DNA of 64,000 nt, taken from the NCBI GenBank assembly GCA_017857235.1, contig JAFMDN010000001.1, positions 23,022-87,021 of the forward strand, written 5' to 3'. The notes beneath the pieces were generated by a model. It searched no databases. It saw only the letters and a program-made list of their open reading frames with translations, and was not told the DNA's origin. The translations under genes were made by a program, and so were the position numbers. Source of the stretch: Methanobacteriota archaeon. GTDB lineage: Archaea > Thermoplasmatota > Thermoplasmata > Thermoplasmatales > GCA-001856825. This document shows, piece by piece, positions 1 to 10,652 of the stretch (positions are counted from its first letter, which is position 1; the number at the start of each line of letters is the position of its first letter).

Positions 1-273
1 TTGGGCATAGGAGAGGATGATGATTCTTGGAGCTGGGAATCATTGAGGGATATTTTTACATTCTATTATACGGTTAGGGATCTAAAATTACCTGACATAA
101 CCATAGATAAAATTATGTCAAAAGAACCAAAAACAATTTTCGAAGGATCTCCAGTAGCTGAAGCAGCCAAAATTATGAAAAAGAACAAATTCACCCAACT
201 CCCAGTCAATGATCTGGAAAATGATATAAGCGGAATGGTTTATGATTTTGATATAATATCCTCTTTGTTATGA
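1..273 (+). CDS. CBS-domain protein, C-terminal part (truncated by window edge)
   Basis: IMSKEPKTI...AAKIMKKNKFTQLPV...GMV CBS pattern; stop overlaps glyS start (ATGA). Confidence 0.8.
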   Translation: MGIGEDDDSWSWESLRDIFTFYYTVRDLKLPDITIDKIMSKEPKTIFEGSPVAEAAKIMKKNKFTQLPVNDLENDISGMVYDFDIISSLL

Positions 274-1916
274 AGGACGAGATTGATCAAGAGGAAGTTG
301 CGAAGAGAAGGGGAATTTACTTTCCTGCTTTTTCAATATACGGTGGATCATCTGGATTATTTGATTATGGTCCATACGGGTCATTAATAAAGGACAATAT
401 ACAAAACATTTGGAAAGAAATGATATTTTCTGAAGGGCCCGTAGCTATGCTAGATTCACCTGCCCTTACCCTTCAAAATGTTTTAAAGGCTTCGGGGCAT
501 TACGATCGTTTCTTCGATTATTCTGTCCAATGCAAATCTTGTAATACTAAATTTAGAGCGGATGATATAGTAGAATCCTTGGGATTGAAAGTGATTCTAG
601 ATAGAGATTATCTTAACAATATTATTAGAGAGAAAGGTATTAAATGCCCAAAATGTGGTGGAGAATTTGATGACGTCAGGATACATAAGTTAATGTTTCA
701 AGTAGACCAAGGGGAAAATATGGATCCCCTATTCCTTAGACCAGAGACAGCGCAGGGCATATTTGTTAATTTCAAGGAATTTTATAGATTCTTTAGAGAA
801 AAGCTTCCGTTTGCGGTAATCCAGATTGGCAGAGGATACAGGAATGAAATTTCACCAAGGAGGGGCCTTTACAGATTACGGGAGTTTAATATGATGGAAT
901 GTGAAGTATTTCTTGACCCAAAAGATGAGAAGTGGGTCAAGGAGCCTTACGATGATATTAAAATTCATTACCTTACAAACAAAGATGAGGACTTGTTCAT
1001 GACCCCCAAGGAGGCATATGAAAAGGGGATAATTAAATCTCAACCACTGGCCTATTTTACAGGTTTTGCTTTTAAGTTCTATAGTAGAATAGGTCTTGAC
1101 GTAAATAAAATAAGGTTTAGGCAGCACAAGAAAGAAGACCTATCTCACTATTCTTCGGATACCTGGGATGCTGAAGCACTCACAGATATAGGTTGGATAG
1201 AAATTACAGGTATAGCCCATAGGGGAACATACGATGTAGGTCGCCATATTGAGTATAGCGCCAGAGATCTTTATGCACAGCGGCTTGTAGAACCGCACAA
1301 GGAGAAGAAGATAGAATTAGAACCAAACTTTAAGGAAATAAAAAGGGACTTTGGAGATAAAGCTGGTGAAATAATAAAGGCCATAAATAATGGTAACTCA
1401 ACCGTTTTCCTAAACAACAAGCAAATTTCTTTAGAAAAATACATCATCAGAAAGGAAGTTGAAGTTACAGTTGACAGGGAGTCTTTTGTCCCGATTGTTG
1501 TGGAACCCTCATTTGGTTTGGATAGGATTATTTATGCACTTCTAGATCATAATTTTGATAAGAGAGAGGAAAACGGGTATGTTTATCTTAAAATACCTCC
1601 ACAGGTTGCACCTTTTATTGCAGGCGTTTACCCACTTTTCCCCAAAGAAGATTTAGAAAAGGTTGCAAAAGATATTTACCAAAAATTATTGAATGACGGA
1701 TTCAAGGTAATTTATGATGATTCTGGGTCTATCGGTAAAAGATATGCCAGATATGATGAGGTTGGAGTGCCATTTGGAATCACCGTTGATTATGATACTT
1801 TGAAAGATTCTACTGTAACCATAAGGTTTAGAGATACAACAGAACAGATAAGGGTTTCAATAAATGATCTAACATCAAAATTAAGGGAACTTCTATGGAC
1901 TGGAAAGAAAAATTGA
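270..1916 (+). CDS. glyS: Glycine--tRNA ligase (alpha2, class II)
   Basis: LRPETAQGIF, RNEISPR..RLREF, VVEPSFGLDR, GSIGKRYARYDEVG motifs. Confidence 0.97.
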   Translation: MKDEIDQEEVAKRRGIYFPAFSIYGGSSGLFDYGPYGSLIKDNIQNIWKEMIFSEGPVAMLDSPALTLQNVLKASGHYDRFFDYSVQCKSCNTKFRADDIVESLGLKVILDRDYLNNIIREKGIKCPKCGGEFDDVRIHKLMFQVDQGENMDPLFLRPETAQGIFVNFKEFYRFFREKLPFAVIQIGRGYRNEISPRRGLYRLREFNMMECEVFLDPKDEKWVKEPYDDIKIHYLTNKDEDLFMTPKEAYEKGIIKSQPLAYFTGFAFKFYSRIGLDVNKIRFRQHKKEDLSHYSSDTWDAEALTDIGWIEITGIAHRGTYDVGRHIEYSARDLYAQRLVEPHKEKKIELEPNFKEIKRDFGDKAGEIIKAINNGNSTVFLNNKQISLEKYIIRKEVEVTVDRESFVPIVVEPSFGLDRIIYALLDHNFDKREENGYVYLKIPPQVAPFIAGVYPLFPKEDLEKVAKDIYQKLLNDGFKVIYDDSGSIGKRYARYDEVGVPFGITVDYDTLKDSTVTIRFRDTTEQIRVSINDLTSKLRELLWTGKKN

Positions 1917-2641
1917 AAGCTGCAGTTGAAGAACTTAGATGGGTAATACCGGATAAAGTTGGAGTAGTATTTTCAGGGGGTCTAGATTCCTCCTTTTTAG
2001 CCTATATTTCAAACATGTGGGATAAGGATGTACATCTTTATTCTGCAGGAACCATAGACTCGGCTGACTTCAATTGGGTATTCAAAGCTGCCGATTACCT
2101 AGGTTTGCCTTTGAAGTTCATAACCATAGATGAAAACAACATTCTGGATTCAATCAAAATGATTAAAAGGATAGACCCTAATTCTGATGCACTTCAGGTA
2201 CTTTTTGACATCCCGTTGTATTTCGTCAGCTCAGTGGCTTATGAAAGTAACTTAGTAAGTGGTCAAGGCTCTGATGAACTTTTTTTAGGCTATAGAAAAT
2301 ATGAAAAGAATGATACGAGCTCCAAAGATTTGGAAAAACTATTGAATAGGGATTTACCCAGGGAAATTAAAATTGCCAAGAATTTTGGGAAGACCTTGAT
2401 TGCCCCATATCTTAATGATTCATTCATGGATGTTGCAAAAAATATACCTTTTGAATTCAAAATTGCAGATGGCATTCATAAAAAAATACTCCGGGAGGTG
2501 GCCATAGAATATGGATTAAATCCTGAGATAGCAATGCGACCTAAGAAAAGCGCCCAATATTCGAGCGGTGTAAAATATTTAATAGAAAAGATTGCAAAAA
2601 ACAATGGAAAAAAGGTCTATGAATTTATTAGGGACTTGTAG
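1895..2641 (+). CDS. Asparagine synthase-related PP-loop ATP pyrophosphatase (synthetase domain only)
   Basis: FSGGLDSS, SGQGSDELFLGY, RPKKSAQYSSG; no N-terminal glutaminase domain. Confidence 0.85.
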   Translation: MDWKEKLKAAVEELRWVIPDKVGVVFSGGLDSSFLAYISNMWDKDVHLYSAGTIDSADFNWVFKAADYLGLPLKFITIDENNILDSIKMIKRIDPNSDALQVLFDIPLYFVSSVAYESNLVSGQGSDELFLGYRKYEKNDTSSKDLEKLLNRDLPREIKIAKNFGKTLIAPYLNDSFMDVAKNIPFEFKIADGIHKKILREVAIEYGLNPEIAMRPKKSAQYSSGVKYLIEKIAKNNGKKVYEFIRDL

Positions 2642-3897
2642 TTATTATAGATTTTGACATTCTTTTTTATAATCTCTTCTACATCTATTCCCTTAAATTT
2701 TCCTTCCTCATACAGTATCTTGCCATTTACTATGGTATATTGCACATTCCTTCCGCTTCCTGAATAAATTAGGGATTCTATTTCATGACCTTCTGATGGT
2801 TCCATGTTCAATCCCTTATTTAAGATAGCTAAGTCAGCCAGATAACCCTCCTTGATTAGACCTACCTTCTTCTTTAACACTTTATATGGATTTATGGTCA
2901 TAAACTTAAAAATTTCTACTGCTGGAACTGCGGTTGGCTCCTCCCTGTAATTTTTTTGAAGGTAGGACGCTACCCTTCCGGTTTCAATCAGATCAAGATG
3001 ATTTGAAGATGTAGCAGAGTCAGTACCCAGAGTTACATTAACACCGTATTGAAGCATTTCTAATATGGGTGAAAAATTTCCATTTCCTAGCTTCATGTTA
3101 CTTACAGGATTGTTCACGATTGTGGCACCATATTTTCCAAGAGTTTTTATTTCAGATAGAGTTAAATAAACACCGTGTGCTCCAATGAATTTATCTGAAA
3201 TTACTCCAATACCCTCCAGGTATTCAACCGGTCTTTTCTTCTCTTTTTTTACAAGATCATAAACTTCTTTTTTATTTTCGCTTAGATGCATAGTCATGGG
3301 CAGATCAAACCGATCTGATAACTCCTTAGCTGCTAATAAATCATCTCTGGTTGTAGAGTAAACACCATGAGGCGCAGGCAATGGTGTTACCAGTTCATGA
3401 TTCCTAAAGTTTCTAATGAAATTTTCTGCATTTTTTATAGGATCTCCTTTTTGTGTAGTAATTTCCTTGTTTACTATTGCCCACCCCAGAAAACCTCTAA
3501 TCCCTATTTCGTTTACTGCCCTTGCTATTATATCTTCAGAATAATAAAGATCCATGAATGCAGTTATTCCATTTGAGAGCATCTCGAGAATTCCCAGTTT
3601 GGCACCCCAATAAATTTCTTCATCCGTCCTATTTGAATCCAACATGAAACCCCTGTTCAGAAAAGCATCAAACTTCAGATCGTCAAAAAGGCCCCTCATG
3701 TTGGTCATAGCAATATGTGTATGCATATTTACAATCCCGGGGATAACTAACTTATTAGAGGCATCTATTACATATTCTGCCTCCTGTGATATTTTCTGTT
3801 TTATCTCTGATATGATATTTCCATCGATGTATATGTCTCCTTTAAAATTATTACCATCTGGGTTTAAGATAGTTGCATCCCTTATCTTAATTTGCAT
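2617..3897 (-). CDS. Amidohydrolase, MTA/SAH deaminase-like
   Basis: PGIVNMHTH, MHLSE, NPVSNMKLG, LGTDS motifs. Confidence 0.85.
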   Translation of the reverse strand: MQIKIRDATILNPDGNNFKGDIYIDGNIISEIKQKISQEAEYVIDASNKLVIPGIVNMHTHIAMTNMRGLFDDLKFDAFLNRGFMLDSNRTDEEIYWGAKLGILEMLSNGITAFMDLYYSEDIIARAVNEIGIRGFLGWAIVNKEITTQKGDPIKNAENFIRNFRNHELVTPLPAPHGVYSTTRDDLLAAKELSDRFDLPMTMHLSENKKEVYDLVKKEKKRPVEYLEGIGVISDKFIGAHGVYLTLSEIKTLGKYGATIVNNPVSNMKLGNGNFSPILEMLQYGVNVTLGTDSATSSNHLDLIETGRVASYLQKNYREEPTAVPAVEIFKFMTINPYKVLKKKVGLIKEGYLADLAILNKGLNMEPSEGHEIESLIYSGSGRNVQYTIVNGKILYEEGKFKGIDVEEIIKKNVKIYNNYKSLINS

Positions 3898-3958
3898 GAA
3901 CGAACATTGTTTGATTTTATAATAATTTATAGCTTTATGGAAAACTATTCCGCAACTG

Positions 3959-5029
3959 CTAGAGAATCATTAAAAGGAGTGCCCCTATTATGGAAGTTAT
4001 AAAGAGGAAAAGGAATGAAAACTTTGTGAACCTTAAAATATCCTTAACCCTCATGTTTCTGAATGCTATAAGGTTGGCTAAGGAAGCAACCAGAGTACCA
4101 TTACCACCAATATCTACACCATAGGCAAGCGCAGGCCAGTTAGCCACTTTTCCGAATAAAACGGTTGTTGGTACGTTGCTTATAAATTGGCTTAAAATCA
4201 ATGAATAAACATAGATGTCAATAGCATTACGGGGTATTGTGATTCTTAGGATTTCCCTTGCTAAATTTACATCGTAGAAAATCAAAATGAATGTTAATAT
4301 AAGTCCTACATCCACCTTAGAAAGATTTGATGGTTCATTTAAAAGCATGGAAATAATAGATATTGAAATGGATAAAGTGAAAATATAGTAAGGCCATCCC
4401 AGCAAAAATGCCAATATTATTATTAAAAGCAATACAAAATTTGGAATAAATAAATACATATTTACATAAGGAGCTTCGTCTAATTTATTCTTAAAATCTC
4501 CCGTTTTTAAAAGCATTATTATTATTAAAAGCAAGAACGAAGAAATCAAGAATGGAGGAAACATAACCTTAAGGAAAAGAACGAAATTTCTTACGCTTTC
4601 GCGATAAATTATAATATTTTGTGGATTGCCGAATGGCATCAACATAGATCCTACATTTGCGGCAATTGCCTGAAATATTATTACATCATCCACATCTTCC
4701 CTTGAGAATTTTCCTATGGATACTGTTATGGGTACTAAAACCAATAAGGCAACGTCATTAGTTAAGAACATTGAAAGTAAGAGAGTAAGTACTACTGAAA
4801 AAAGGAAAAAGGTTCTCTTGTTATTGAAATTCTGGAGTATTGTAAATGATATCCTATCAATTCCTCCTGAAGATAAAAGGGCGGCATTGACAACTATTAA
4901 AGATGCAAGTATCCAGATTGTATACCAATCTATGAGTCCCGATACAAATATTCTTTTAACAGCAATAGATAATATGATATAAGCTGCTATCAGTATAATT
5001 AGCAAAAGCCTGTTTATGGTTAGCTTCAT
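3959..5029 (-). CDS. Anion permease (ArsB/NhaD/CitM-like, SLC13 family)
   Basis: Multi-TM protein; SMFLTND, AANVGSMLMPFGNPQN, SQFISNVP. Confidence 0.8.
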   Translation of the reverse strand: MKLTINRLLLIILIAAYIILSIAVKRIFVSGLIDWYTIWILASLIVVNAALLSSGGIDRISFTILQNFNNKRTFFLFSVVLTLLLSMFLTNDVALLVLVPITVSIGKFSREDVDDVIIFQAIAANVGSMLMPFGNPQNIIIYRESVRNFVLFLKVMFPPFLISSFLLLIIIMLLKTGDFKNKLDEAPYVNMYLFIPNFVLLLIIILAFLLGWPYYIFTLSISISIISMLLNEPSNLSKVDVGLILTFILIFYDVNLAREILRITIPRNAIDIYVYSLILSQFISNVPTTVLFGKVANWPALAYGVDIGGNGTLVASLANLIAFRNMRVKDILRFTKFSFLFLFITSIIGALLLMIL

Positions 5030-5039
5030 TTACGCTTTC

Positions 5040-5381
5040 TTAAAGTGTTTTTTTCAATAGTTCATCAATTTCTGGCCCTACCGCTTTAATAATTGAATTA
5101 ACAAGTTCTTCCTTCATTTCCTGGGGGAGTGATACTACTGCAACTTCGACCAGTATCTTTGTCATCTTGGCTATTGCTGTTCCCTCCATAAGTTTTGCCC
5201 TTACAAATTCCTCCAGAGATTCCCGAAATTCCTTTTTCATTCTTGGATCCTTGTTTACCTTTTCCATTATGATGGATTTTATTTCCTCCTTGTAAATGTC
5301 CCTTATGGCGTCATAAATAAGATCTTCAGAAATTGTAACCTTCTTTATATCATCGATTATGTTTCTTTTATCTCCTTCCAT
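5040..5381 (-). CDS. Hypothetical helical protein
   Basis: 113-aa ORF with GTGA SD-like element, co-oriented in a gene string. Confidence 0.7.
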   Translation of the reverse strand: MEGDKRNIIDDIKKVTISEDLIYDAIRDIYKEEIKSIIMEKVNKDPRMKKEFRESLEEFVRAKLMEGTAIAKMTKILVEVAVVSLPQEMKEELVNSIIKAVGPEIDELLKKTL

Positions 5382-5410
5382 AATTCACTATTAGATCTTC
5401 CGATAAAAAA

Positions 5411-5797
5411 TTATATGTCAAAAGTTACCTCAGCCAAATTTTCTGTTTCTACAAAATTATGGTAAGTTACTGCTTTGATCAGATAATGATAGCTATGCTT
5501 GCCATATTGAAATTCCTCACCACAAAACCCAACCAATACCTTGCTTCCGCAGAATCTTAGATATTTGATTTTTAGTACTTTGTTTTCCGTATCAACAACA
5601 TAAAGAACATCATTTAAAAAACTCACAGCATTTTTAACTTCGAATTCCCTTTGGAAGAAATACTCGCATTTATTATGATTCCCATGGAATATTAGACTTA
5701 GCATTGCATTGCCTAGTTTAAGATATAGTAGTTTCTTATCTCTTTCCGTTACCCTTATTCGAATGTCTGCAGTATGGTTCAATATCTCAACTGGCAT
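5411..5797 (-). CDS. Archease
   Basis: HTADI near N-terminus, IKAVTYH, C-terminal FDI. Confidence 0.9.
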   Translation of the reverse strand: MPVEILNHTADIRIRVTERDKKLLYLKLGNAMLSLIFHGNHNKCEYFFQREFEVKNAVSFLNDVLYVVDTENKVLKIKYLRFCGSKVLVGFCGEEFQYGKHSYHYLIKAVTYHNFVETENLAEVTFDI

Positions 5798-5805
5798 ATT
5801 ATATC

Positions 5806-7335
5806 CTATTGGGATGGCCTCCTTAGTTCATCCGCTATATAGCTAAATAGCTTTTTTGGGTTTATAATGTTAATTATATCATTTAATTCATCCCTATTTA
5901 TTACTTTAAATGCTCTCAGGAGGATTAAATAAATAAACATATAGCCCACAAAAATTGCAGCTAAATATAATGCTGACATCCTTGTGGAGTAGTAGAAGAA
6001 AATTATTAGAGGCAGTGCAGGTAAAATTGAAACCGCTATTGGAAGAACTGCATTTTTATCTATGAATTTACCAATTTCATTGTGGATGAGGAAGAGCGAA
6101 TACAAAAACGTAATAATTGATGAAATTAACATGGCTAAAGCAGCACCCAATACTCCGAGATTCATAAGTTTTATACCAAAAAATTGCGATGGTATTAGTA
6201 TTATATCCAAGACTATGATAAGTACTGAGTTCAAAATGTTAATGAACGATGATACTTTTGTATTGGAGGTTGCATTAAAATGGTTTATGAAAGTAGTAGA
6301 TACCACTGAGAAGAATATAGATAGAAGCATAACCTTTAGTGGCAACTGGAATGATATCAGTTGAGAGGTCCATAGATTTAGTATTGGAGCTGCAAATATT
6401 ATGGTAAATACTATTAAAGGAGAGAGTAACATAATAAGGTATTTGGTTATGTAATTTACCCTCCCTTTGTATTCATTCATATCCTTAGAATCTTTTGCCA
6501 GCATTGGAAGAATCATAATTGTTATGGAACCAGCAAAAGTACTAATTATCTGAACTATTTTAAGATCTCCTGAATATCCGCCAAGCTCATATGCATGGAA
6601 GAATGTTTGAATCAATATCTGTGAAATATTTGATGAAATGGTAGCTACGACGGTAGCAATCAACAATGGAAACGAGAACTTCATATATTCCATTATTATG
6701 GAAAAATCTGGCCATTTGAACTTCCATGGCCTTCCGAAGTATAAATTCATGGCTAAATAAACCATGTACGAGACGCTATAAGCTATAGAAATGTATATGG
6801 AATACTCCAATGAATTTCTTACGTGGAATATATTTACAAAGAAAAAAATAAAAATTAATAGAAACCTAACCAAAGATTCCACTATACTTGGGATTGATAA
6901 TTTAGCAGCCTCCATTGTACCCGTCAAGAAGCTCCTTATCCCCTGTATTAATGGAAGTGAAAAGAAATAGGGTATTAGAAGGAGTATGCTTATTAGTTCG
7001 AATCTTGTTTCAAATCCCCTATGCAGTACTATTTTCCATATATACAGGGAAAGAAGCATAACTCCAATATAGATCAAAGTCATGGAAATTTTTAGTAAGA
7101 AAAATGCCGAATTGTACTCTGCCCTGTTCTTGCCAGATGATATCATTTTTATGTGGGCAGTATTCAAACCCAAATCCCCTATAAAACTGAAGAGAAGACC
7201 GAAAGATAGTGCGAAAGAGAAAATTCCGTAGGCTTCAACCCCCGCGTATCTGAAAATTATAAGGAAAGTTAAGTATCCGAGTATCAGCCCTATTGCGCTC
7301 TGTAACATGATAATTGAGGGTTTGGAAGATTCCAT
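5806..7335 (-). CDS. Oligosaccharide flippase (Wzx/MOP family)
   Basis: About 14 TM segments; DLGL motif; GVLGAALA. Confidence 0.85.
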   Translation of the reverse strand: MESSKPSIIMLQSAIGLILGYLTFLIIFRYAGVEAYGIFSFALSFGLLFSFIGDLGLNTAHIKMISSGKNRAEYNSAFFLLKISMTLIYIGVMLLSLYIWKIVLHRGFETRFELISILLLIPYFFSLPLIQGIRSFLTGTMEAAKLSIPSIVESLVRFLLIFIFFFVNIFHVRNSLEYSIYISIAYSVSYMVYLAMNLYFGRPWKFKWPDFSIIMEYMKFSFPLLIATVVATISSNISQILIQTFFHAYELGGYSGDLKIVQIISTFAGSITIMILPMLAKDSKDMNEYKGRVNYITKYLIMLLSPLIVFTIIFAAPILNLWTSQLISFQLPLKVMLLSIFFSVVSTTFINHFNATSNTKVSSFINILNSVLIIVLDIILIPSQFFGIKLMNLGVLGAALAMLISSIITFLYSLFLIHNEIGKFIDKNAVLPIAVSILPALPLIIFFYYSTRMSALYLAAIFVGYMFIYLILLRAFKVINRDELNDIINIINPKKLFSYIADELRRPSQ

Positions 7336-7407
7336 TTTAACGTTAATGTTAAGGTATTTAAATAGATTTATGGGTAAAAATTAACAATAGGAAAATGTTA
7401 AAGTTCT

Positions 7408-7953
7408 GTGAATTGGCTTGCATCCATAATAATACCAATCATACTTTTCATGCCTTCTTACATCGCAAATCCCAGTGCGGTAATTTTTGGCGGAAAAATA
7501 ATCATTGACGGAGGAAGAAAATTTAGAGGCAGAAGAATTTTTGGGGACCATAAAACGCTATCTGGATTCTTAGGTGGAGGATTTGCTGGATTTCTTATCG
7601 GGATAGTAATAATTGTGATTGGTGCTTACTGGAAGCCATTGTCCTATTCAAGCAGTATTTACGTTTCAATAGTAATTATACTCCTCTTATCTTTTGGTTC
7701 CATGCTAGGTGATCTGATTGGTTCATTTATAAAAAGGCAATTGAATTTTGAGCCTGGAAAAGAAGCACTTTTTCTTGACCAGTATCCCTTTGCATTGGTT
7801 TCGCTTTTTTTAGTTTATCTTTACTTGAGATGGGATTTCTTCAAGGTATTCCCATGGCCTGGAATAATAGCAATACTTATCATAACGCCATTACTACACA
7901 GAGCAGTTAATATAATTGGTTTTAAAATAAAGTTGAAGGACGTTCCTTATTGA
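7408..7953 (+). CDS. carS: CDP-archaeol synthase
   Basis: PSYIAN, DGG..F.GRRIFGDHKT, GDLIGSFIKR, LDQ, H...N.IG..IKLKDVPY. Confidence 0.92.
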   Translation: MNWLASIIIPIILFMPSYIANPSAVIFGGKIIIDGGRKFRGRRIFGDHKTLSGFLGGGFAGFLIGIVIIVIGAYWKPLSYSSSIYVSIVIILLLSFGSMLGDLIGSFIKRQLNFEPGKEALFLDQYPFALVSLFLVYLYLRWDFFKVFPWPGIIAILIITPLLHRAVNIIGFKIKLKDVPY

Positions 7954-9749
7954 TTAAGAAAATTAACGGTATCCTCAACAAGGTTTTCCGACCTATATAA
8001 ATTTGGCAGTGCCTTTTTAAACCTTTTTGCCCTTGAATCTAATATTATTGCAACCCCCCGATCCTTAGGAGACCTAATCAATCTACCCAAGGCCTGTTTT
8101 AATTTCATTATAGCCACGGCCTCATAGGCATAGTACCAGCCTTTTTTGAATTTCATATCATAGTATGTCTCCATGGCATTTGTTTCGGGAGATGGCTTTG
8201 GATATGGTATGCCAGCTATAATTGCAACTTCCAGGAATTTTCCTGGCAGATCTAATCCTTCCGAAAGTCTACCATTGATTACGCCCATGAGTACCCCTCC
8301 ATTTTGCTTGAAAGATTCTATCATATCTGCTAATTCTAGGTTAGTGATGTTTTTTCTTTCAAAGAAGATTTTTCTTTTAAAATTAAGATCTCTTATTTTT
8401 GACAATTGCTCGTAGGATGTTGCTAATACCATGGTATTATACGAAGTCCTGTTAATGAAATCTTCTAAAATTTCAAGAAGCTTCTCTTCGCTCTCCAATC
8501 TTTTGTAATAGCTCAAGTTAACTTCGTCCGTATAGAGAACTCTTAAATTGCTTTCAAGGTAAGGTACGCTTATTGCTCTTTCATTAGCTTCCTCAATTCC
8601 TAACTCATCTTTAAACTTCTCAAATGGAGTTAATGTTCCTGATATAAAAAGAACACTCTTAAACTGCTTCAAGAAATTTAGTTGATTCGATACATCTAAG
8701 AATCTCAAGTTTATTCTTTGTTCCGAGTCATCAACTATTCTTACAAACTCTGCTCCGGAATCCTCCATTAGTAATTGAGACAACACGGCTGTTCTATAAA
8801 TGTAGCTCCTAGGTAATTTTCCCTCATTCAACTTCATCTCCTTTATGCCTTCACCCACGTAAACCATCTGTTCCAGTAACCTTGAAATTTCAATGGTTCC
8901 TGATGAAAAGGACTTCATGAATGCTTCCTTGGCATCGTCCGGAGTAAGAATCCTTGGCCCATCTGAAAAGATGTATTCTAAAGCCTCTTCTATGTAATTC
9001 AAGCTTAAACTAAGGCTTAAATTATTGAAAGTTTTATCACCATATTTTTCTACTTCATCCCTAGCCTTATTTATGTCCGCAACACTAAAAGATGCTGAAT
9101 TAATCATGCGTAAGAATTCAGGTACGTTATGCGCTTCATCGAATATGACAATTATTTTTTCCATAGGAGTTTCAATCCAATCCATAAACCTTTCCCTAAT
9201 GTAAGGGCTTAATAGATATGAATAAGTTGATACAACCACCTTGGCATCTTTCAATAATTCCCTCTGTGCAAAATAAGGACAAAAACCGAATTGATCTCCT
9301 AAGTTCACGAGATCCTGTGGCCGCATGATATCGGCTACCCAACCCATGTCATAATCGGTTTCATAAAAACATCCTTCCTTTCCTTCCATTCTGTCTTTTA
9401 CTAACCTTTGGCAAAGACGGGATTGTTCTTCTGGGTCTCCTTCCCTCATCTCTGGATTTACTTTTTTGAAAAGGCAAGTTTCGCCTCTTCCCATAAATGA
9501 TATTACCTTTTTTAAACCCAATAATCTTGATTCTCTAAATACATTTTCAACTTGGGAGTTTGTTCTGGTTAGAAAAACTATTTTGCAATTATCACAATCT
9601 TCTAATGCATATATCAGTGAAACTAGTGTCTTGCCAGATCCTGTTGGGCTTTCCAGTATCTTTATCTTGCTCTTTGAATTTTTCAAAAAATCGAGTGCCT
9701 CTACCTGCCACCTGTAGAGTTCATATGGACTCTTTATGCCCGTTCCCAA
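7947..9749 (-). CDS. XPD/Rad3/DinG-family Fe-S DNA helicase
   Basis: ESPTGSGKT, four-Cys FeS domain, DEAHN, SGTL, EGLD, QALGRLIR; likely TTG start at 9749 after GGTGA (track start 9776). Confidence 0.9.
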   Translation of the reverse strand: MGTGIKSPYELYRWQVEALDFLKNSKSKIKILESPTGSGKTLVSLIYALEDCDNCKIVFLTRTNSQVENVFRESRLLGLKKVISFMGRGETCLFKKVNPEMREGDPEEQSRLCQRLVKDRMEGKEGCFYETDYDMGWVADIMRPQDLVNLGDQFGFCPYFAQRELLKDAKVVVSTYSYLLSPYIRERFMDWIETPMEKIIVIFDEAHNVPEFLRMINSASFSVADINKARDEVEKYGDKTFNNLSLSLSLNYIEEALEYIFSDGPRILTPDDAKEAFMKSFSSGTIEISRLLEQMVYVGEGIKEMKLNEGKLPRSYIYRTAVLSQLLMEDSGAEFVRIVDDSEQRINLRFLDVSNQLNFLKQFKSVLFISGTLTPFEKFKDELGIEEANERAISVPYLESNLRVLYTDEVNLSYYKRLESEEKLLEILEDFINRTSYNTMVLATSYEQLSKIRDLNFKRKIFFERKNITNLELADMIESFKQNGGVLMGVINGRLSEGLDLPGKFLEVAIIAGIPYPKPSPETNAMETYYDMKFKKGWYYAYEAVAIMKLKQALGRLIRSPKDRGVAIILDSRAKRFKKALPNLYRSENLVEDTVNFLNQ

Positions 9750-10650
9750 GAAAATCACCAAGATTCTTTGCCACACCTATTCCTAGAGCTCTAAGCTGCT
9801 TTTCCAGATCATCTTTCGAAATGGAATGATCGAATTCATATGATTTTAATGATTTTTCAATAATTTTAGGTTCGAAACCCAATTTTTCTGAAATCACTTT
9901 AATACCCCTCTCAGGTTTTGAATTACTCTCGGTTAATTCAACATACTTAATGATTAATTTTTCTTTCAAATCGTTCAAAACATTGCCAAAAAGCGCACAG
10001 CACGTCTCATGGTTATTTTCAGGTTTACCGCCATAAAGTGTTAGGTATGGTTCCCATATGCTAATGGCGTCAACTTTCCCCTTTCCATAAGCTTCTAATA
10101 GTTCTTCTATTCCTTTATAGTATACAATCTGGAATCCTTTCTTTTGCCTGGATAATCTGTCCATTTTTGAAAATGGTGTGGTTCCCAAGATTCCTCTGTC
10201 GGATTTTTTGATTATGCCCCCTCCCCCTCTTGCAATACCCATTATTGGTTTGATCCTTTCATCCAGAAGGAAAAAAATATAACCCGACACTAGGGGACTT
10301 GCAAGGATGTCTATTTGCCCAAGTATTAGTTCCTTAAAACCTTCAAGGCTGTTATTGAAAATTTTCAATATATAATTTAATCCCAGATCTTCAATTGCTT
10401 CAATCAGATAAACATATTCAGAACTTGGCAGAATCCCAACAATTAAATTTGAATCCCTGTTTATTTTAACCTCTATGGTTCTCTCGCTGATTTTTCTTCT
10501 AATTATCTTACCCTGTATTTCAAGCTCAGAAAGTATTTCAGATGTTCTTGATCTAGATAAACCTAGAGCCCGACTTATCTCTACTTGTGTTTTTTCTCCT
10601 GTTGATAAAAATTCTAAGATTTTATCTGCTAATTTACCCCTTGGTCTCAT
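9721..10650 (-). CDS. HTH transcriptional regulator fused to periplasmic-binding-fold (NMT1/SsuA-like) domain
   Basis: N-terminal TQVEISRALGLSRSRTSEIL HTH; C-terminal VDAISIWEPY; no signal peptide. Confidence 0.75.
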   Translation of the reverse strand: MRPRGKLADKILEFLSTGEKTQVEISRALGLSRSRTSEILSELEIQGKIIRRKISERTIEVKINRDSNLIVGILPSSEYVYLIEAIEDLGLNYILKIFNNSLEGFKELILGQIDILASPLVSGYIFFLLDERIKPIMGIARGGGGIIKKSDRGILGTTPFSKMDRLSRQKKGFQIVYYKGIEELLEAYGKGKVDAISIWEPYLTLYGGKPENNHETCCALFGNVLNDLKEKLIIKYVELTESNSKPERGIKVISEKLGFEPKIIEKSLKSYEFDHSISKDDLEKQLRALGIGVAKNLGDFLGNGHKESI

Positions 10651-10652
10651 GT

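Noticed and set aside
7381-7401. TTAACA-N9-TGTTAA as a shared regulon site with 15430 and 58883
   Set aside because: Spacer lengths differ between sites and the motif is AT-rich
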